40,682 bases of DNA from a virus (IMGVR_UViG_3300005261_000064:1-40682); one strand, 5' to 3'. Counted from the first letter of the stretch, positions 1-8,376 are shown. The notes: a model not told the origin generated them from the sequence alone. Program-made: numbers and translations.

Positions 1-531
1 GTGCAAAGCAAGAAAGCAGCCGCCAAACCGTCTCAGCGGATCATCAAGAAGTACCCGAATCGGCGCCTGTACGATACCGACACATCCACCTACATCACCC
101 TGGCTGAGGTGCGTCAGTTGGTGATGGACAGCGAATCCTTTGTGGTTCGCGATGCCAAGACCAATGACGATCTGACCCGCAGCATTCTGTTGCAGATCAT
201 TCTCGAAGAAGAGGCGGGCGGCGCGCCCATGTTCACGGAGGCGGTGTTGTCCAGCATCATTCGTTTCTATGGGCATGCCATGCAGGGCTTCATGGGTTCG
301 TACATCGAAAAGAACATCCAGGCCTTTTCCGAGATGCAGACTCAATTGCAGGCGCAATCCAAGAGTGTTTCGCCGGAGATGTGGGCTCAATTCATGAGCA
401 TGCAGTCGCCGGTGCTGCAGAGCATGATGGGTGGGTACACCGAGCAGTCCAAATCGCTGCTGACCCAGATGCAGGAGCAAATGCAGAAGCAGACCGAGCA
501 GATGCTGGGTGCTTTTGGCCTGAAGCGCTGA
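1..531 (+). CDS. phaR: Polyhydroxyalkanoate synthesis repressor PhaR (host gene)
   Basis: N-terminal RIIKKYPNRRLYDTDTSTYITL and DLTRSILLQIILEEE are PhaR signatures; phaR-rimO order is typical of Burkholderiales. Confidence 0.96.
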   Translation: MQSKKAAAKPSQRIIKKYPNRRLYDTDTSTYITLAEVRQLVMDSESFVVRDAKTNDDLTRSILLQIILEEEAGGAPMFTEAVLSSIIRFYGHAMQGFMGSYIEKNIQAFSEMQTQLQAQSKSVSPEMWAQFMSMQSPVLQSMMGGYTEQSKSLLTQMQEQMQKQTEQMLGAFGLKR

Positions 532-606
532 GCTTTTTCGGCGGTCAGGCGGCGGGTATTGCACCGGCCCTGGCCCGTTGTTGGCCAGAACTGGGACAAT
601 ACGCCG

Positions 607-711
607 ATGAGTGAAGTTCTTGTTCCCCCTTCTTCCGCTGGCGCAGCCCAGCCGGTTCCCCGTGTTGGATTTGTGAGCCTTGGGTGCGCGAATGATAGGC
701 TATGTATATGA
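607..711 (+). pseudogene. rimO: Original 5' end of rimO, truncated by prophage insertion
   Basis: Translates to MSEVLVPPSSAGAAQPVPRVGFVSLGC then ANDRLCI*; PRVGFVSLGC is the RimO N-terminal motif, whose continuation PKALTDSE lies at 40632 onward. Confidence 0.9.
679..686. other. attL core CTTGGGTG
   Basis: Identical 8-mer at 40623-40630; both fall on the Leu-Gly-Cys codons of rimO, where homology to rimO breaks and resumes. Confidence 0.85.
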
Positions 712-1379
712 ATCAAAGCCAGATGCACGAAGCGACCAGAGAGGCCTATCGGGAGCTACTTCGTGTCCCAGAAAACCGCCTGGGCATTCCTGAGGGGCAT
801 ATCTTCAAGATCTTTGAAGAGGGGTCAGACTGGGAGTTCATCACCAAGTTGGGGGTGATCATCGAGGCGGCTGCATCTGATGCTTTGATAGCTTCAATTG
901 GGGATGAGAGGATGCGGCATCACGTCAGCAACCTGGGTCAGGGCAATCGTGTTGATCTGTGTGTTGAGATGGGTATCCTGGACGTGGCGGAAAGAACTCT
1001 CCTGGGTAGTTTCACCAAGCTCCGCAATAGTTTCGCTCACCGTGTAGCCAATATAGGTTCAACATTGGTTGACTACCATGCGCAGTTGCCGCCCGAGGAG
1101 CGTAAAGGGTTTGATCGCACATTTGGGCCGGTGGAGTTCGTCCCGGCTGAGGCGATGACCCTGCGTGACAGAATCTTTTACAGGGTAATTCAGCCCCTGA
1201 ATTCCTTCGGCCTCAAAGGGAATGAAGGGGACCAGAAGAAGAAATTTTCTGAGCACATTCGGGATGTGTTTGAACATGCGCTCATGATTGATGGGCAGCC
1301 GGTCATGCTCGATGGGCTGCCGATATTGGTTCACTCGAAGCATTCGCGCACCGAGCAGGCGCCGGCCAATCGCAAGTAA
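708..1379 (+). CDS. HEPN/MtlR-like helical protein, putative accessory or defence RNase (alternative start 702)
   Basis: Rx4H motif LRNSFAH preceded by SDWEFITK...IIE; opposite orientation to the early operon; has its own terminator. Confidence 0.6.
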   Translation: MNQSQMHEATREAYRELLRVPENRLGIPEGHIFKIFEEGSDWEFITKLGVIIEAAASDALIASIGDERMRHHVSNLGQGNRVDLCVEMGILDVAERTLLGSFTKLRNSFAHRVANIGSTLVDYHAQLPPEERKGFDRTFGPVEFVPAEAMTLRDRIFYRVIQPLNSFGLKGNEGDQKKKFSEHIRDVFEHALMIDGQPVMLDGLPILVHSKHSRTEQAPANRK

Positions 1380-1403
1380 AAAGCCCGCATCAGCGGGCTT
1401 TTT
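1378..1403. terminator. Bidirectional intrinsic terminator
   Basis: AAAAAGCCCGC-ATCA-GCGGGCTTTTT between convergent genes. Confidence 0.85.
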
Positions 1404-1419
1404 CATGGAGCGTGGAAAG

Positions 1420-1668
1420 TCAAGCGTTCGGGATCTTATCGCCGTACACGCGCATGTGACCCTTGCCCTGCAGGAACGCTCGATAGCCATTGACGGCCAC
1501 GGCCCGCACCTCGTTGGCCACATCCTTGCCCTGGGCAATGATGTGCCCTTCGTCGTCAATGACGGCCAGGCGGCACGGCTTTCCGTTGGCCAGGACCGTG
1601 ATGCCTTCATGGATCACGGTGCTGATTTCGACGCCGGCGATGCGACCGGTCGGTTGATTGCCCACCAT
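1420..1668 (-). CDS. Phage hypothetical protein (82 aa, MVGNQPTGRIAG...)
   Basis: ATG overlaps the upstream TGA (TGATG coupling); last gene of the leftward early operon. Confidence 0.65.
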   Translation of the reverse strand: MVGNQPTGRIAGVEISTVIHEGITVLANGKPCRLAVIDDEGHIIAQGKDVANEVRAVAVNGYRAFLQGKGHMRVYGDKIPNA

Positions 1669-1823
1669 CACGCACCACCTTTCCGCATCGCCCTGCAGGC
1701 CAGCCGCCAGGCTGCACGCAGCAGCAGGACGGCCAGCTGGACCAGGACAAGACCGACAACCAACCAGGTGGCTGGGTGCGTCAGCACCATGAACACCAGG
1801 TCGTACCATTTTGGGGTCCACAT
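1668..1823 (-). CDS. Small membrane protein (51 aa, MWTPKWYDLVF...)
   Basis: TGATG coupling on both sides, GGAGG RBS, one hydrophobic helix. Confidence 0.6.
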   Translation of the reverse strand: MWTPKWYDLVFMVLTHPATWLVVGLVLVQLAVLLLRAAWRLACRAMRKGGA

Positions 1824-3091
1824 CACGCACCTCCCTTCGCCACCGCCTGGATCGTCCTGGCCGTCTCGCGCATCAGGATCTGCTCCCACAACTCGCCCTG
1901 GGCCTGGCCGGTGCCGAACTCGTCGAGGGCTCGGGTGCGGATGGCGCGCATGGTGTCGTCAGTAAGCTGGATCTTGCTCGCCTGACCATCATTGAATTCG
2001 CGAATCCATGCGCAAAGGCGGATCATCTCGTTGTTGGCCGCACGGGCAAATCGCACCAGTGTTTCACGGGGCCAAGACGGAATCTGTTCGCTGGATATCT
2101 GCGCCCAAGATGGAACTGATGGCACCGCTGCAAGCAGCATCTCTTGGTCGGCCAGAGGGACGGCTGTCTCATGCCTGGTGTAGGTCTCCAGCCCCCTGCA
2201 GGTCTCGCCAGTTGCAACCAGATACACACGCTTGCTCGGAGATGGCACGGCGATTGCAGCCGCCTGGTGCCACAACATCATGCAAAACAGGGCCACGTCG
2301 CGCGGATCACCCTTTTCGACATGATTGCGCAGCATGTTGGACAGCTCAGCAGGTGGGCAGGTCTCCCATCCCTGGCGCCCCTTGGCTCGGCCTTCGGCCA
2401 TCTTGGTTTTAAGAGCTGTGGCGAAGCGATCAATGGCTAGGTCATCGGGGTGCTGTGTTTGGGGCAGCGCAGCTGCGCCGAGGAGCCAAAGCTCATCTCG
2501 GTAGAGCCACTGTGTGCAGCGCTGGGTCACTTCCGTCCCGACCACCCCACCGTCCTCGTCCTGGCGATAGAAATCCGAAGCTCGGATGTCGTGGAATTGG
2601 ACGCCTGCGAACTCGTCGTTGGCAGTAACGGCGATGACTCGGACTGAATCATCATCAGTCCATTCAGGGCTGCCAGTACGCCACAAACCTTGCTCTGGCG
2701 GCGCCTGTTCCGGCACCTCCCGCAGGCCTGCCACCACCTGGCGGGCCTCGACCAGCATCTCCTCATCATCGTCGCCCCAGGGAGTGGTGTTGCGATAGTT
2801 TTCCAGGCCATTGCACAGCCGCTCGATCACGTCGGCTGCCTCGCTGGCTTGGGTGCTTGGGCCTGCCCACGCAATTTGCGCGACATCGAGCTGGTGCCGC
2901 AGCAAAGATGCTGAGGATTGAAGTCTTGCCTCTTTCAGATCGCCCTCGAATTTTTCGAGGAGAGTTTGGCGAGCAGCTTCAAACTCGGCTTGCTCTTTCG
3001 GACCGCTGTTGTAATGCCTCAAGAACATGGCCGCGTCACTGAGCTTCTCGATCAGATCCGAGATGGATAGTTGATTGCTATCGGTGCTCAT
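1823..3091 (-). CDS. Mosaic early-region protein (Ead/Ea22-like), with a conserved phage helical domain HPDDLAIDRF...HVEKGDPRDVALFCMMLW
   Basis: Start MSTDSNQL after GGAGG; the internal domain resembles ones common in phage early proteins. Confidence 0.7.
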   Translation of the reverse strand: MSTDSNQLSISDLIEKLSDAAMFLRHYNSGPKEQAEFEAARQTLLEKFEGDLKEARLQSSASLLRHQLDVAQIAWAGPSTQASEAADVIERLCNGLENYRNTTPWGDDDEEMLVEARQVVAGLREVPEQAPPEQGLWRTGSPEWTDDDSVRVIAVTANDEFAGVQFHDIRASDFYRQDEDGGVVGTEVTQRCTQWLYRDELWLLGAAALPQTQHPDDLAIDRFATALKTKMAEGRAKGRQGWETCPPAELSNMLRNHVEKGDPRDVALFCMMLWHQAAAIAVPSPSKRVYLVATGETCRGLETYTRHETAVPLADQEMLLAAVPSVPSWAQISSEQIPSWPRETLVRFARAANNEMIRLCAWIREFNDGQASKIQLTDDTMRAIRTRALDEFGTGQAQGELWEQILMRETARTIQAVAKGGA

Positions 3092-3092
3092 C

Positions 3093-3245
3093 TCAAGCGC
3101 CTCCCAGGTTAAAAAATTGACGGGCGACCCAAGCGCCGCAGGTGCACAAGAGGAACAGATAGGCAAGCCAAATGCATGCACGTTCGCTCAGGAACCGGCT
3201 GACAAAGATGGCGGCCAGTAGGAAAGAGAGCTGGGCTGCTGTCAT
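3093..3245 (-). CDS. Small membrane protein (50 aa, MTAAQLSFLL...)
   Basis: ATGA overlap with the upstream gene, AGGAGG RBS, hydrophobic. Confidence 0.55.
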   Translation of the reverse strand: MTAAQLSFLLAAIFVSRFLSERACIWLAYLFLLCTCGAWVARQFFNLGGA

Positions 3246-3763
3246 GAAAGGGCCTCCTGCAGGGTGATGTGCTCCACCTGGCCGCCGGCGGTCTGATGCT
3301 GTGCCAGGAACTTCTTGACGATGTTGTGCAGCTCGATCCACGCCAGGTGGCGGAGCTGCTCGGTGTGCAGCCAGAGGGCTGTGTCGATCGCCTCCAGCTC
3401 GGTGAAGTCGGGGACATCCTGGCGCCAGGTGCCACTGGCCCGGGCTCGCTCAGCGATCGCCTGCAGGGAGGCCTGGGCGGCCACCAAGTGTGGGCGCATG
3501 CCACGGATCAGGCCGCTCTCTTCGATCGCCAGGGAGATCCGCACCATGGTGAGAAAAATGTTGTGCTCTTGCTCGGTGGCCACACCCTCGCGAAGGCGTT
3601 GCGCGGCCAGGCGGTAGGGGGCAGTCGCCTCGGCGATTTCGGCTTCTGTGAGCCGAGTTGCGCGCTGCCTGGCCACGTCGATGGTGCTGCGGGTCGGCAT
3701 GCCGGCCTGGGCGATACGGCGCTGCATCTGCCTGGTGACCAGGCTGTGTGTGGCGCGGCTCAT
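3242..3763 (-). CDS. Phage hypothetical protein (173 aa, MSRATHSLVTRQ...)
   Basis: ATGA overlap with the parB-like stop codon; predicted helical. Confidence 0.7.
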   Translation of the reverse strand: MSRATHSLVTRQMQRRIAQAGMPTRSTIDVARQRATRLTEAEIAEATAPYRLAAQRLREGVATEQEHNIFLTMVRISLAIEESGLIRGMRPHLVAAQASLQAIAERARASGTWRQDVPDFTELEAIDTALWLHTEQLRHLAWIELHNIVKKFLAQHQTAGGQVEHITLQEALS

Positions 3764-6249
3764 GATGCGGCCTCTTGGTCGAGCGGTTGGTCGACCGGCT
3801 CCAGGTCGCTGGCGAAAAACTGGCCGTCGACGTGCTTGGGGGGCGTGCCATGGCGCACCGCCCAGATCGGATCGATGTCGGCCGCGTCTTTGGTCTTGCG
3901 GCTCATCACCGTCACCTCGCGGCCGCGCCATTTTTTGTTGATGGTGGTGGCTTTCACACGCACCACCTGGCCGGGCTCAAGAGCGGGCGCTGCAGACGTC
4001 TGCGCGGCCGCTGCTGGCTCGATCTCGGTCGCAGCTTCGTCAGCGCCTGGTGCAGCATCGTCGGCCGGCGCAGCGGCCACCAGGTCCAGTTCGGTGATGT
4101 GAAACGAGGCCTGGGCCTTGAGCTTGCCGGTGAACACGACCCACCAGCAGCTGCCGTCGCCCATCACGTGCTTGACCGTGCCAACATCCCCGATGAATTT
4201 GGCCTGGTGCTTGGGCACGGTGCCATTGATACGCACGGTTGCGCCAGGCCCCACCTCACCTGTTGCCCCGGTGTTGACGTCTGCATTTTCCTCGTTAGCG
4301 CCCCCGGCCTGGCCCAGGGCCCCAGCCACTGGGCCAGGTTCGTTGCCCTGCGCCGCCTGGGCGGCGCCTGGATTGGACCCCTCGGCCTCCTGCATCGCGG
4401 CCGCGATATTGGCCATGGCCTCGGCCGCGCTCACCCGACCCGCGTGATCGCCGGCCGGCGCAGCGAGGGTCTTACGTTTTTTGCCTTTGCGCGCGGAATC
4501 ATCAGCATGCGCAGCGGGGGTAGGGGTAGAGGCGACCTCGGGGGCTGCAGGCGGGAGAGGCTCAGGCTTGGCCAGGAACAGGGCAGCGGCCGAGGCCTGC
4601 ACTTCCTGGATCACCGTCTGCACCGAGTCTTTAAACGCTGCGCCTGCGACCAGGTGCATGCCTTCGTTGGCTTTGCGTTCGGTATACAGAGAGTCGCGAT
4701 CGTTGGGATCGCTTTCACGCTGAGCGATCATGAGCAACCCCAGATAGTCGGGGTGGATCGCTTCTTTGATGTGGGCGCGCAGTGTTCCTACCGGGTCCAC
4801 TTTTCCGAGCCCCAGCAGATCGCACAGAGCGGCGGCATCATCGTTGCTGAGGCTGGGCAGGATGCGCAGCGTCATGAACCGATGCACCTCCAAGTTGTAC
4901 CGGAACTCGTTCCCTTCGCTCATCGCACTCCAGCAGCGGGCAATGAGCTGACGACGCCACTCGGCCTCATATTTCTGCATGGCCTTTGCCTCAGCCTTGG
5001 CTTTCTTGGCGTCGATCACTTCCTTGACCTCTTTTGACACCACCTTGGCGGCCTGCGCCTGGCCTTCGGCGATCTTGAGAAGGCGAGAGACTGTCTCATT
5101 TGGCAGGCAGGCCACCAGCTCGCCAGGCTTGCGCGGGTTGGCGATCATGACCGGCACCACTCCCTCGGCCTTCATGACCTTTTCCAAAATCTTGCGCAGG
5201 GGTTTGTCGGTCGGGCTGTCTTCCACGCTGTCCAGCCGCCGATAGCCCTTGAACCGGGTTTCCTGATAGGTGGGGTTGTTATCGGGGATAAGGTCTTTGG
5301 CCTCATTGGTGTCGATCACGGTCTGACCTTTGGCGCGGGCCTCGTCGACGATCTTGGCGACCTGGGCGGCCTCTTTCTTGCGGTAGCAGACGGGGTCGGT
5401 GCAGACGTCTGCACTCTTCACATCGGCGTACAGGTCGGGCTGCGCGCCGGTCCGCTTGGGGCAGTTACCGCAGGCCCCGGCCTCGGGCAGCAGGCTTTCA
5501 TCCGTGATGGTGAATTTGGCTTTGTCCAGGCGAAGCATGTACTCCTGTTGGACCATGTCTTGGGCCTTGCGGAACGACATCACGCTGCCATCCCAAGAGT
5601 TTTCCCGAGCCATCTTCTCGCAGGCCTCTGCCTGCAGTTTTGCATCGGGAATGCGGGCGATCAGCAGGGCCTTGCTCGCATCGATCTTGCCCTCGCGCAG
5701 AGCATCGCGGCCTGTGGCGCCCAGATCCAGCAGCTTGAGGCGGGCATAGACGTAGGATTTGCTTTTTCCGATCTTGACGGCCACCTCATCGGCATTGAGC
5801 TTGCTGTGCACCATGAGTGCCTCGTAGCCCTCGGCCTCCTCCAGCTCGCTCAAGTCGTCGCGCTGCAGGTTCTCGATGATCTGGATCTCAAGCACCTGGT
5901 CATCGGTCAGCTCGCGGATCATGGCCGGGATCTCGACCTTTTCCGCGATGCGGCTGGCCCGAAAGCGCCGCTCACCGCAGACAAGCTCGTACTCCGGCAG
6001 CGGGGCGCCCTTGGCGCGATCGTCAAAAGTTTCGGCCAGTCGGCTGCCAGGCAAGGGGCGCAGCAGGACGGGCTGGTGCACTTCAGTGGCCTTGATGCTG
6101 GCGGCCAACTCCTGCAGCTTGACCTCGTTGAAAGTCTTGCGCGGGTTGGTTTTGCTGGCCACGATCAGGGCGATCTCGACCATGCGCATTTGCGGGCCCG
6201 CGCCCGGGGTGGGCATCCCGGCCGTGGCGGTGTCGTATTTGTTGATCAT
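3760..6249 (-). CDS. ParB/RepB/Spo0J-family protein with Zn-binding region and long C-terminal extension (829 aa)
   Basis: NPRKTF, ELAASIK...QPVLLR, LVCGERRFRA (CTP-binding box), IENLQRDDL, HTH EVAVKIGKSKSYV, CGNC...CTDPVC; two KOW/SH3-like C-terminal modules. Confidence 0.9.
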   Translation of the reverse strand: MINKYDTATAGMPTPGAGPQMRMVEIALIVASKTNPRKTFNEVKLQELAASIKATEVHQPVLLRPLPGSRLAETFDDRAKGAPLPEYELVCGERRFRASRIAEKVEIPAMIRELTDDQVLEIQIIENLQRDDLSELEEAEGYEALMVHSKLNADEVAVKIGKSKSYVYARLKLLDLGATGRDALREGKIDASKALLIARIPDAKLQAEACEKMARENSWDGSVMSFRKAQDMVQQEYMLRLDKAKFTITDESLLPEAGACGNCPKRTGAQPDLYADVKSADVCTDPVCYRKKEAAQVAKIVDEARAKGQTVIDTNEAKDLIPDNNPTYQETRFKGYRRLDSVEDSPTDKPLRKILEKVMKAEGVVPVMIANPRKPGELVACLPNETVSRLLKIAEGQAQAAKVVSKEVKEVIDAKKAKAEAKAMQKYEAEWRRQLIARCWSAMSEGNEFRYNLEVHRFMTLRILPSLSNDDAAALCDLLGLGKVDPVGTLRAHIKEAIHPDYLGLLMIAQRESDPNDRDSLYTERKANEGMHLVAGAAFKDSVQTVIQEVQASAAALFLAKPEPLPPAAPEVASTPTPAAHADDSARKGKKRKTLAAPAGDHAGRVSAAEAMANIAAAMQEAEGSNPGAAQAAQGNEPGPVAGALGQAGGANEENADVNTGATGEVGPGATVRINGTVPKHQAKFIGDVGTVKHVMGDGSCWWVVFTGKLKAQASFHITELDLVAAAPADDAAPGADEAATEIEPAAAAQTSAAPALEPGQVVRVKATTINKKWRGREVTVMSRKTKDAADIDPIWAVRHGTPPKHVDGQFFASDLEPVDQPLDQEAAS
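3990..4005. repeat. Degenerate copy (14/16) of palindrome GTGCAGACGTCTGCAC
   Basis: CTGCAGACGTCTGCGC, inside the parB-like gene. Confidence 0.7.
4271..4286. repeat. Degenerate copy (13/16) of palindrome GTGCAGACGTCTGCAC
   Basis: GTGTTGACGTCTGCAT, inside the parB-like gene. Confidence 0.45.
5399..5414. repeat. Perfect 16-bp palindrome GTGCAGACGTCTGCAC (parS-like)
   Basis: Inside the parB-like gene; identical copies at 8215, 24265 and 36957. Confidence 0.9.
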
Positions 6250-6431
6250 GATTGATCTCCGGGTTGGGGCGCCTCGATGCGGGCGCGGGCTTCGTGGAAA
6301 AAAGCGCTGAACGCATGGCCAGCGTCGGAGTGGAAGGGGTACGGACAGGCGTCGTTGACGTCGCTGTACTTGGTGGCGGCCTCGTGGGCCTGGGTGCGCA
6401 AGCGCTCGATCTCGATGACGGGTTCAGGCAT
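6246..6431 (-). CDS. Phage hypothetical protein (61 aa)
   Basis: Coupled to neighbours; NDACPYPF motif. Confidence 0.7.
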   Translation of the reverse strand: MPEPVIEIERLRTQAHEAATKYSDVNDACPYPFHSDAGHAFSAFFHEARARIEAPQPGDQS

Positions 6432-6759
6432 GGAGCTGGACCTCCTCCACGAGGGGCAGACTCAGGCGCATGGTCTGAGGGTCAGCCTTGATCGAGACCA
6501 GCGCACCCTGTCGCAGGCGCAGAGCCTGGGCATCGGCTGCAAAGCGGTCATTGCGCGGGTAGGCCTGTTCGGCATGCACGATGCGCTCGCCCGGGCCGTC
6601 GATCTTGATGTCGAGACACAGGACGGGCATCGGCTTGTCATCGGGGCCAATGGCCTTCATGCGCACTTCGGCGTCATGGGTCAGGCGGCCGACGAACTGC
6701 AGCAGCTGGCGGCCGCCCTCGAACATGTCGGGCTCGCGTTGGGGTTGCGGTGCTGGCAT
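6424..6759 (-). CDS. OB-fold/SSB-like protein (111 aa)
   Basis: LQFVGRLTHDAEVR ... LRQGALVSI resembles the single-stranded DNA-binding protein pattern. Confidence 0.55.
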   Translation of the reverse strand: MPAPQPQREPDMFEGGRQLLQFVGRLTHDAEVRMKAIGPDDKPMPVLCLDIKIDGPGERIVHAEQAYPRNDRFAADAQALRLRQGALVSIKADPQTMRLSLPLVEEVQLHA

Positions 6760-6760
6760 G

Positions 6761-6880
6761 TCAGAGCCCCAATGCGATGTTGGCCAGGAAGAGCACGATC
6801 GCCATCGCGATCGCGCCCACGAAGGCACACAGGGCCGCCAGGAGGAAGCGCAGCGGGTGATTGGCGATCGCCTCGGTCAT
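6761..6880 (-). CDS. Small membrane peptide (39 aa, MTEAIANHPLRFLLAALCAF...)
   Basis: Translated by hand; ATGA overlap with the upstream gene, AGGAG RBS. Confidence 0.5.
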   Translation of the reverse strand: MTEAIANHPLRFLLAALCAFVGAIAMAIVLFLANIALGL

Positions 6881-7026
6881 CGCTGACGCTCCTGGGTGTT
6901 GGGTTGCTCGCCAGAGTCCAGGTCGAACACGGCACCGACCATCAGGGCCAGGACGTAGAGGACCAGGCCGCCGGCCAGGAAGAGGCCGTGCATCAGCAGC
7001 CCGCGTTTTGGGGTGGTTTTAGGCAT
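6877..7026 (-). CDS. Small membrane protein (49 aa, MPKTTPKRGLL...)
   Basis: One transmembrane helix; overlaps neighbours in the operon. Confidence 0.55.
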   Translation of the reverse strand: MPKTTPKRGLLMHGLFLAGGLVLYVLALMVGAVFDLDSGEQPNTQERQR

Positions 7027-7153
7027 GGATGGGCCTCGCAGAAATGGGAGTGCCGGGGGGAACGCGATCCATGGCATCGAGCAGAGCCTCGATCGCGCTG
7101 TGAAAGATGCCGGTGTAGGAGAGGGCGCCGGCCTGGATGTGGCAGCGGATCAT
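7019..7153 (-). CDS. Small phage protein (44 aa, MIRCHIQAGALSYTGIFHSAIEALLDAM...)
   Basis: Translated by hand; ATGA overlap with the upstream stop, AGGGAG RBS. Confidence 0.55.
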   Translation of the reverse strand: MIRCHIQAGALSYTGIFHSAIEALLDAMDRVPPGTPISARPIHA

Positions 7154-7938
7154 TGGCGGACTCCCTGGTCGACGGCTGCAACCTCTCCGAGTTGGCCTAG
7201 TAAACTGGCGCCACCAAAATCAGGAGGTAACGATGACCCAGCGAATTGACCATGAGACTTTTGCTCAGGCTGTGCGGCTTGCTGCGGGCTTTTTGGCCAG
7301 TGGGTTTCGGGAGAAGACGCTGGGCGAAGATATGCGTGACGCTGTGAAGCAGGCTTATTGGGCGCTGGATGAGGCTCGCGACGACATTCTTGAAGACTTG
7401 CAGAAGAAATTTCCTGATAGCCCGGGGCTATAAAGCCTCTTCGACGTTCCCCAGTGGCCTCGCGGTGCGGTGCATATCCGTGCCGAATGAGGGCAGTCCT
7501 CAGCCGTAACTCGTTCTGGATACTCAGAGCGAGACCCAGCCGACCCAACGCCACATCAAGTGTGAAGAACTCGCCGGGCAGCACCACGTCCCGCATCTGC
7601 GCACCGAGCGAGATTTCCCAGCCAAACTCCTCACGGGTGGCCTGCTTGGCCTCCTCGGTGGCCTGATCAATCCAGGCCTGCACCCGCTTCATTGCCTCGG
7701 CACAGGCCTTGTCGAGCCAGTTCGCTTGCTGCGGATCTTCATAGCCCTCGGGCACTAGGCGCACAAACTGGCGCTCAGTGCGGCCGGTGGCTTGATCGAG
7801 CACCACCTCCAGGCGTGCTGTCGGCCAGGACGTGCGGTGCAGGGTTACGGTAACTGCGCTCAGTACGTGGCCGATGTTGTCCAGGCCCAGCACATCCAAT
7901 ACGGCCGCATTGATTTCGCTGATCTTGGCGCGGCTCAT
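7150..7938 (-). CDS. Phage early protein with winged-helix-like segment (262 aa)
   Basis: ATGA coupling at both ends; segment FFTLDVALGRLG...GERRRGFIAP resembles the C-terminus of this phage's VapE protein. Confidence 0.65.
   Translation of the reverse strand: MSRAKISEINAAVLDVLGLDNIGHVLSAVTVTLHRTSWPTARLEVVLDQATGRTERQFVRLVPEGYEDPQQANWLDKACAEAMKRVQAWIDQATEEAKQATREEFGWEISLGAQMRDVVLPGEFFTLDVALGRLGLALSIQNELRLRTALIRHGYAPHREATGERRRGFIAPGYQEISSASLQECRREPHPAPNKPASQRHAYLRPASSPETHWPKSPQQAAQPEQKSHGQFAGSSLPPDFGGASLLGQLGEVAAVDQGVRQ
7233..7433 (+). CDS. Small helical protein (66 aa) nested antisense within 7150-7938
   Basis: Strong RBS CAGGAGGTAACG-ATG, upstream TAAACT -10-like box, amphipathic protein-like sequence. 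Confidence 0.6.
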   Translation: MTQRIDHETFAQAVRLAAGFLASGFREKTLGEDMRDAVKQAYWALDEARDDILEDLQKKFPDSPGL

Positions 7939-8255
7939 GCTGGCACCCCGCGCCGCTCGGTTTCAAGCGCATCGTCCAAAAAGCCTTGATGCTGGACCAG
8001 TTCCTCTTCCAGCAGCCGAATGCAAGTGGCTAAGGCATCGGAAAGCGGGCCATTCTTCGATCTGGTCCAAACGCAGCCTGCGTGCTTTCGGAATGCTGCC
8101 AACTTGGCCTTGTCACGCTGAACATGGATCAGCCAAAAGTCAGATCCAGTCGCGTTGGCGGGCACGTCGGGATAGGGCAGCTTGGACGCTGCGGTGCGCC
8201 GTGGGCGCTTCGGTGTGCAGACGTCTGCACTGGGCGTGTCGTTGCTCAACTTCAT
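7935..8255 (-). CDS. First gene of the leftward early operon, hypothetical (106 aa)
   Basis: RBS CAGGAG before ATG, directly downstream of OL/PL. Confidence 0.65.
   Translation of the reverse strand: MKLSNDTPSADVCTPKRPRRTAASKLPYPDVPANATGSDFWLIHVQRDKAKLAAFRKHAGCVWTRSKNGPLSDALATCIRLLEEELVQHQGFLDDALETERRGVPA
8215..8230. repeat. Perfect 16-bp palindrome GTGCAGACGTCTGCAC (parS-like)
   Basis: About 55 bp downstream of the PL -10 box. Confidence 0.9.
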
Positions 8256-8284
8256 CTCCTGCCCCGGGGCGGGGTTCGGGATGG

Positions 8285-8323
8285 ATTAAAGCATACTTTC
8301 TTAAAAGTGGTAAAGCATTCTTT
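8285..8323 (-). promoter_or_regulatory. OL operators and PL promoter
   Basis: AAAGCATACTTT (8288-8299) and AAAGCATTCTTT (8312-8323) match the OR sites; minus-strand TTTACC-N18-TTTAAT. Confidence 0.8.
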
Positions 8324-8376
8324 CTTGTTGGCCGTGTCTGACTACTTAGTCGTGTACGTAGTAGCGCTGCAGGCAC

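Noticed and set aside
699-720. Possible SOS box near attL (ATGTATATGAATCAAA)
   Set aside because: Lacks the CTGT and ACAG ends
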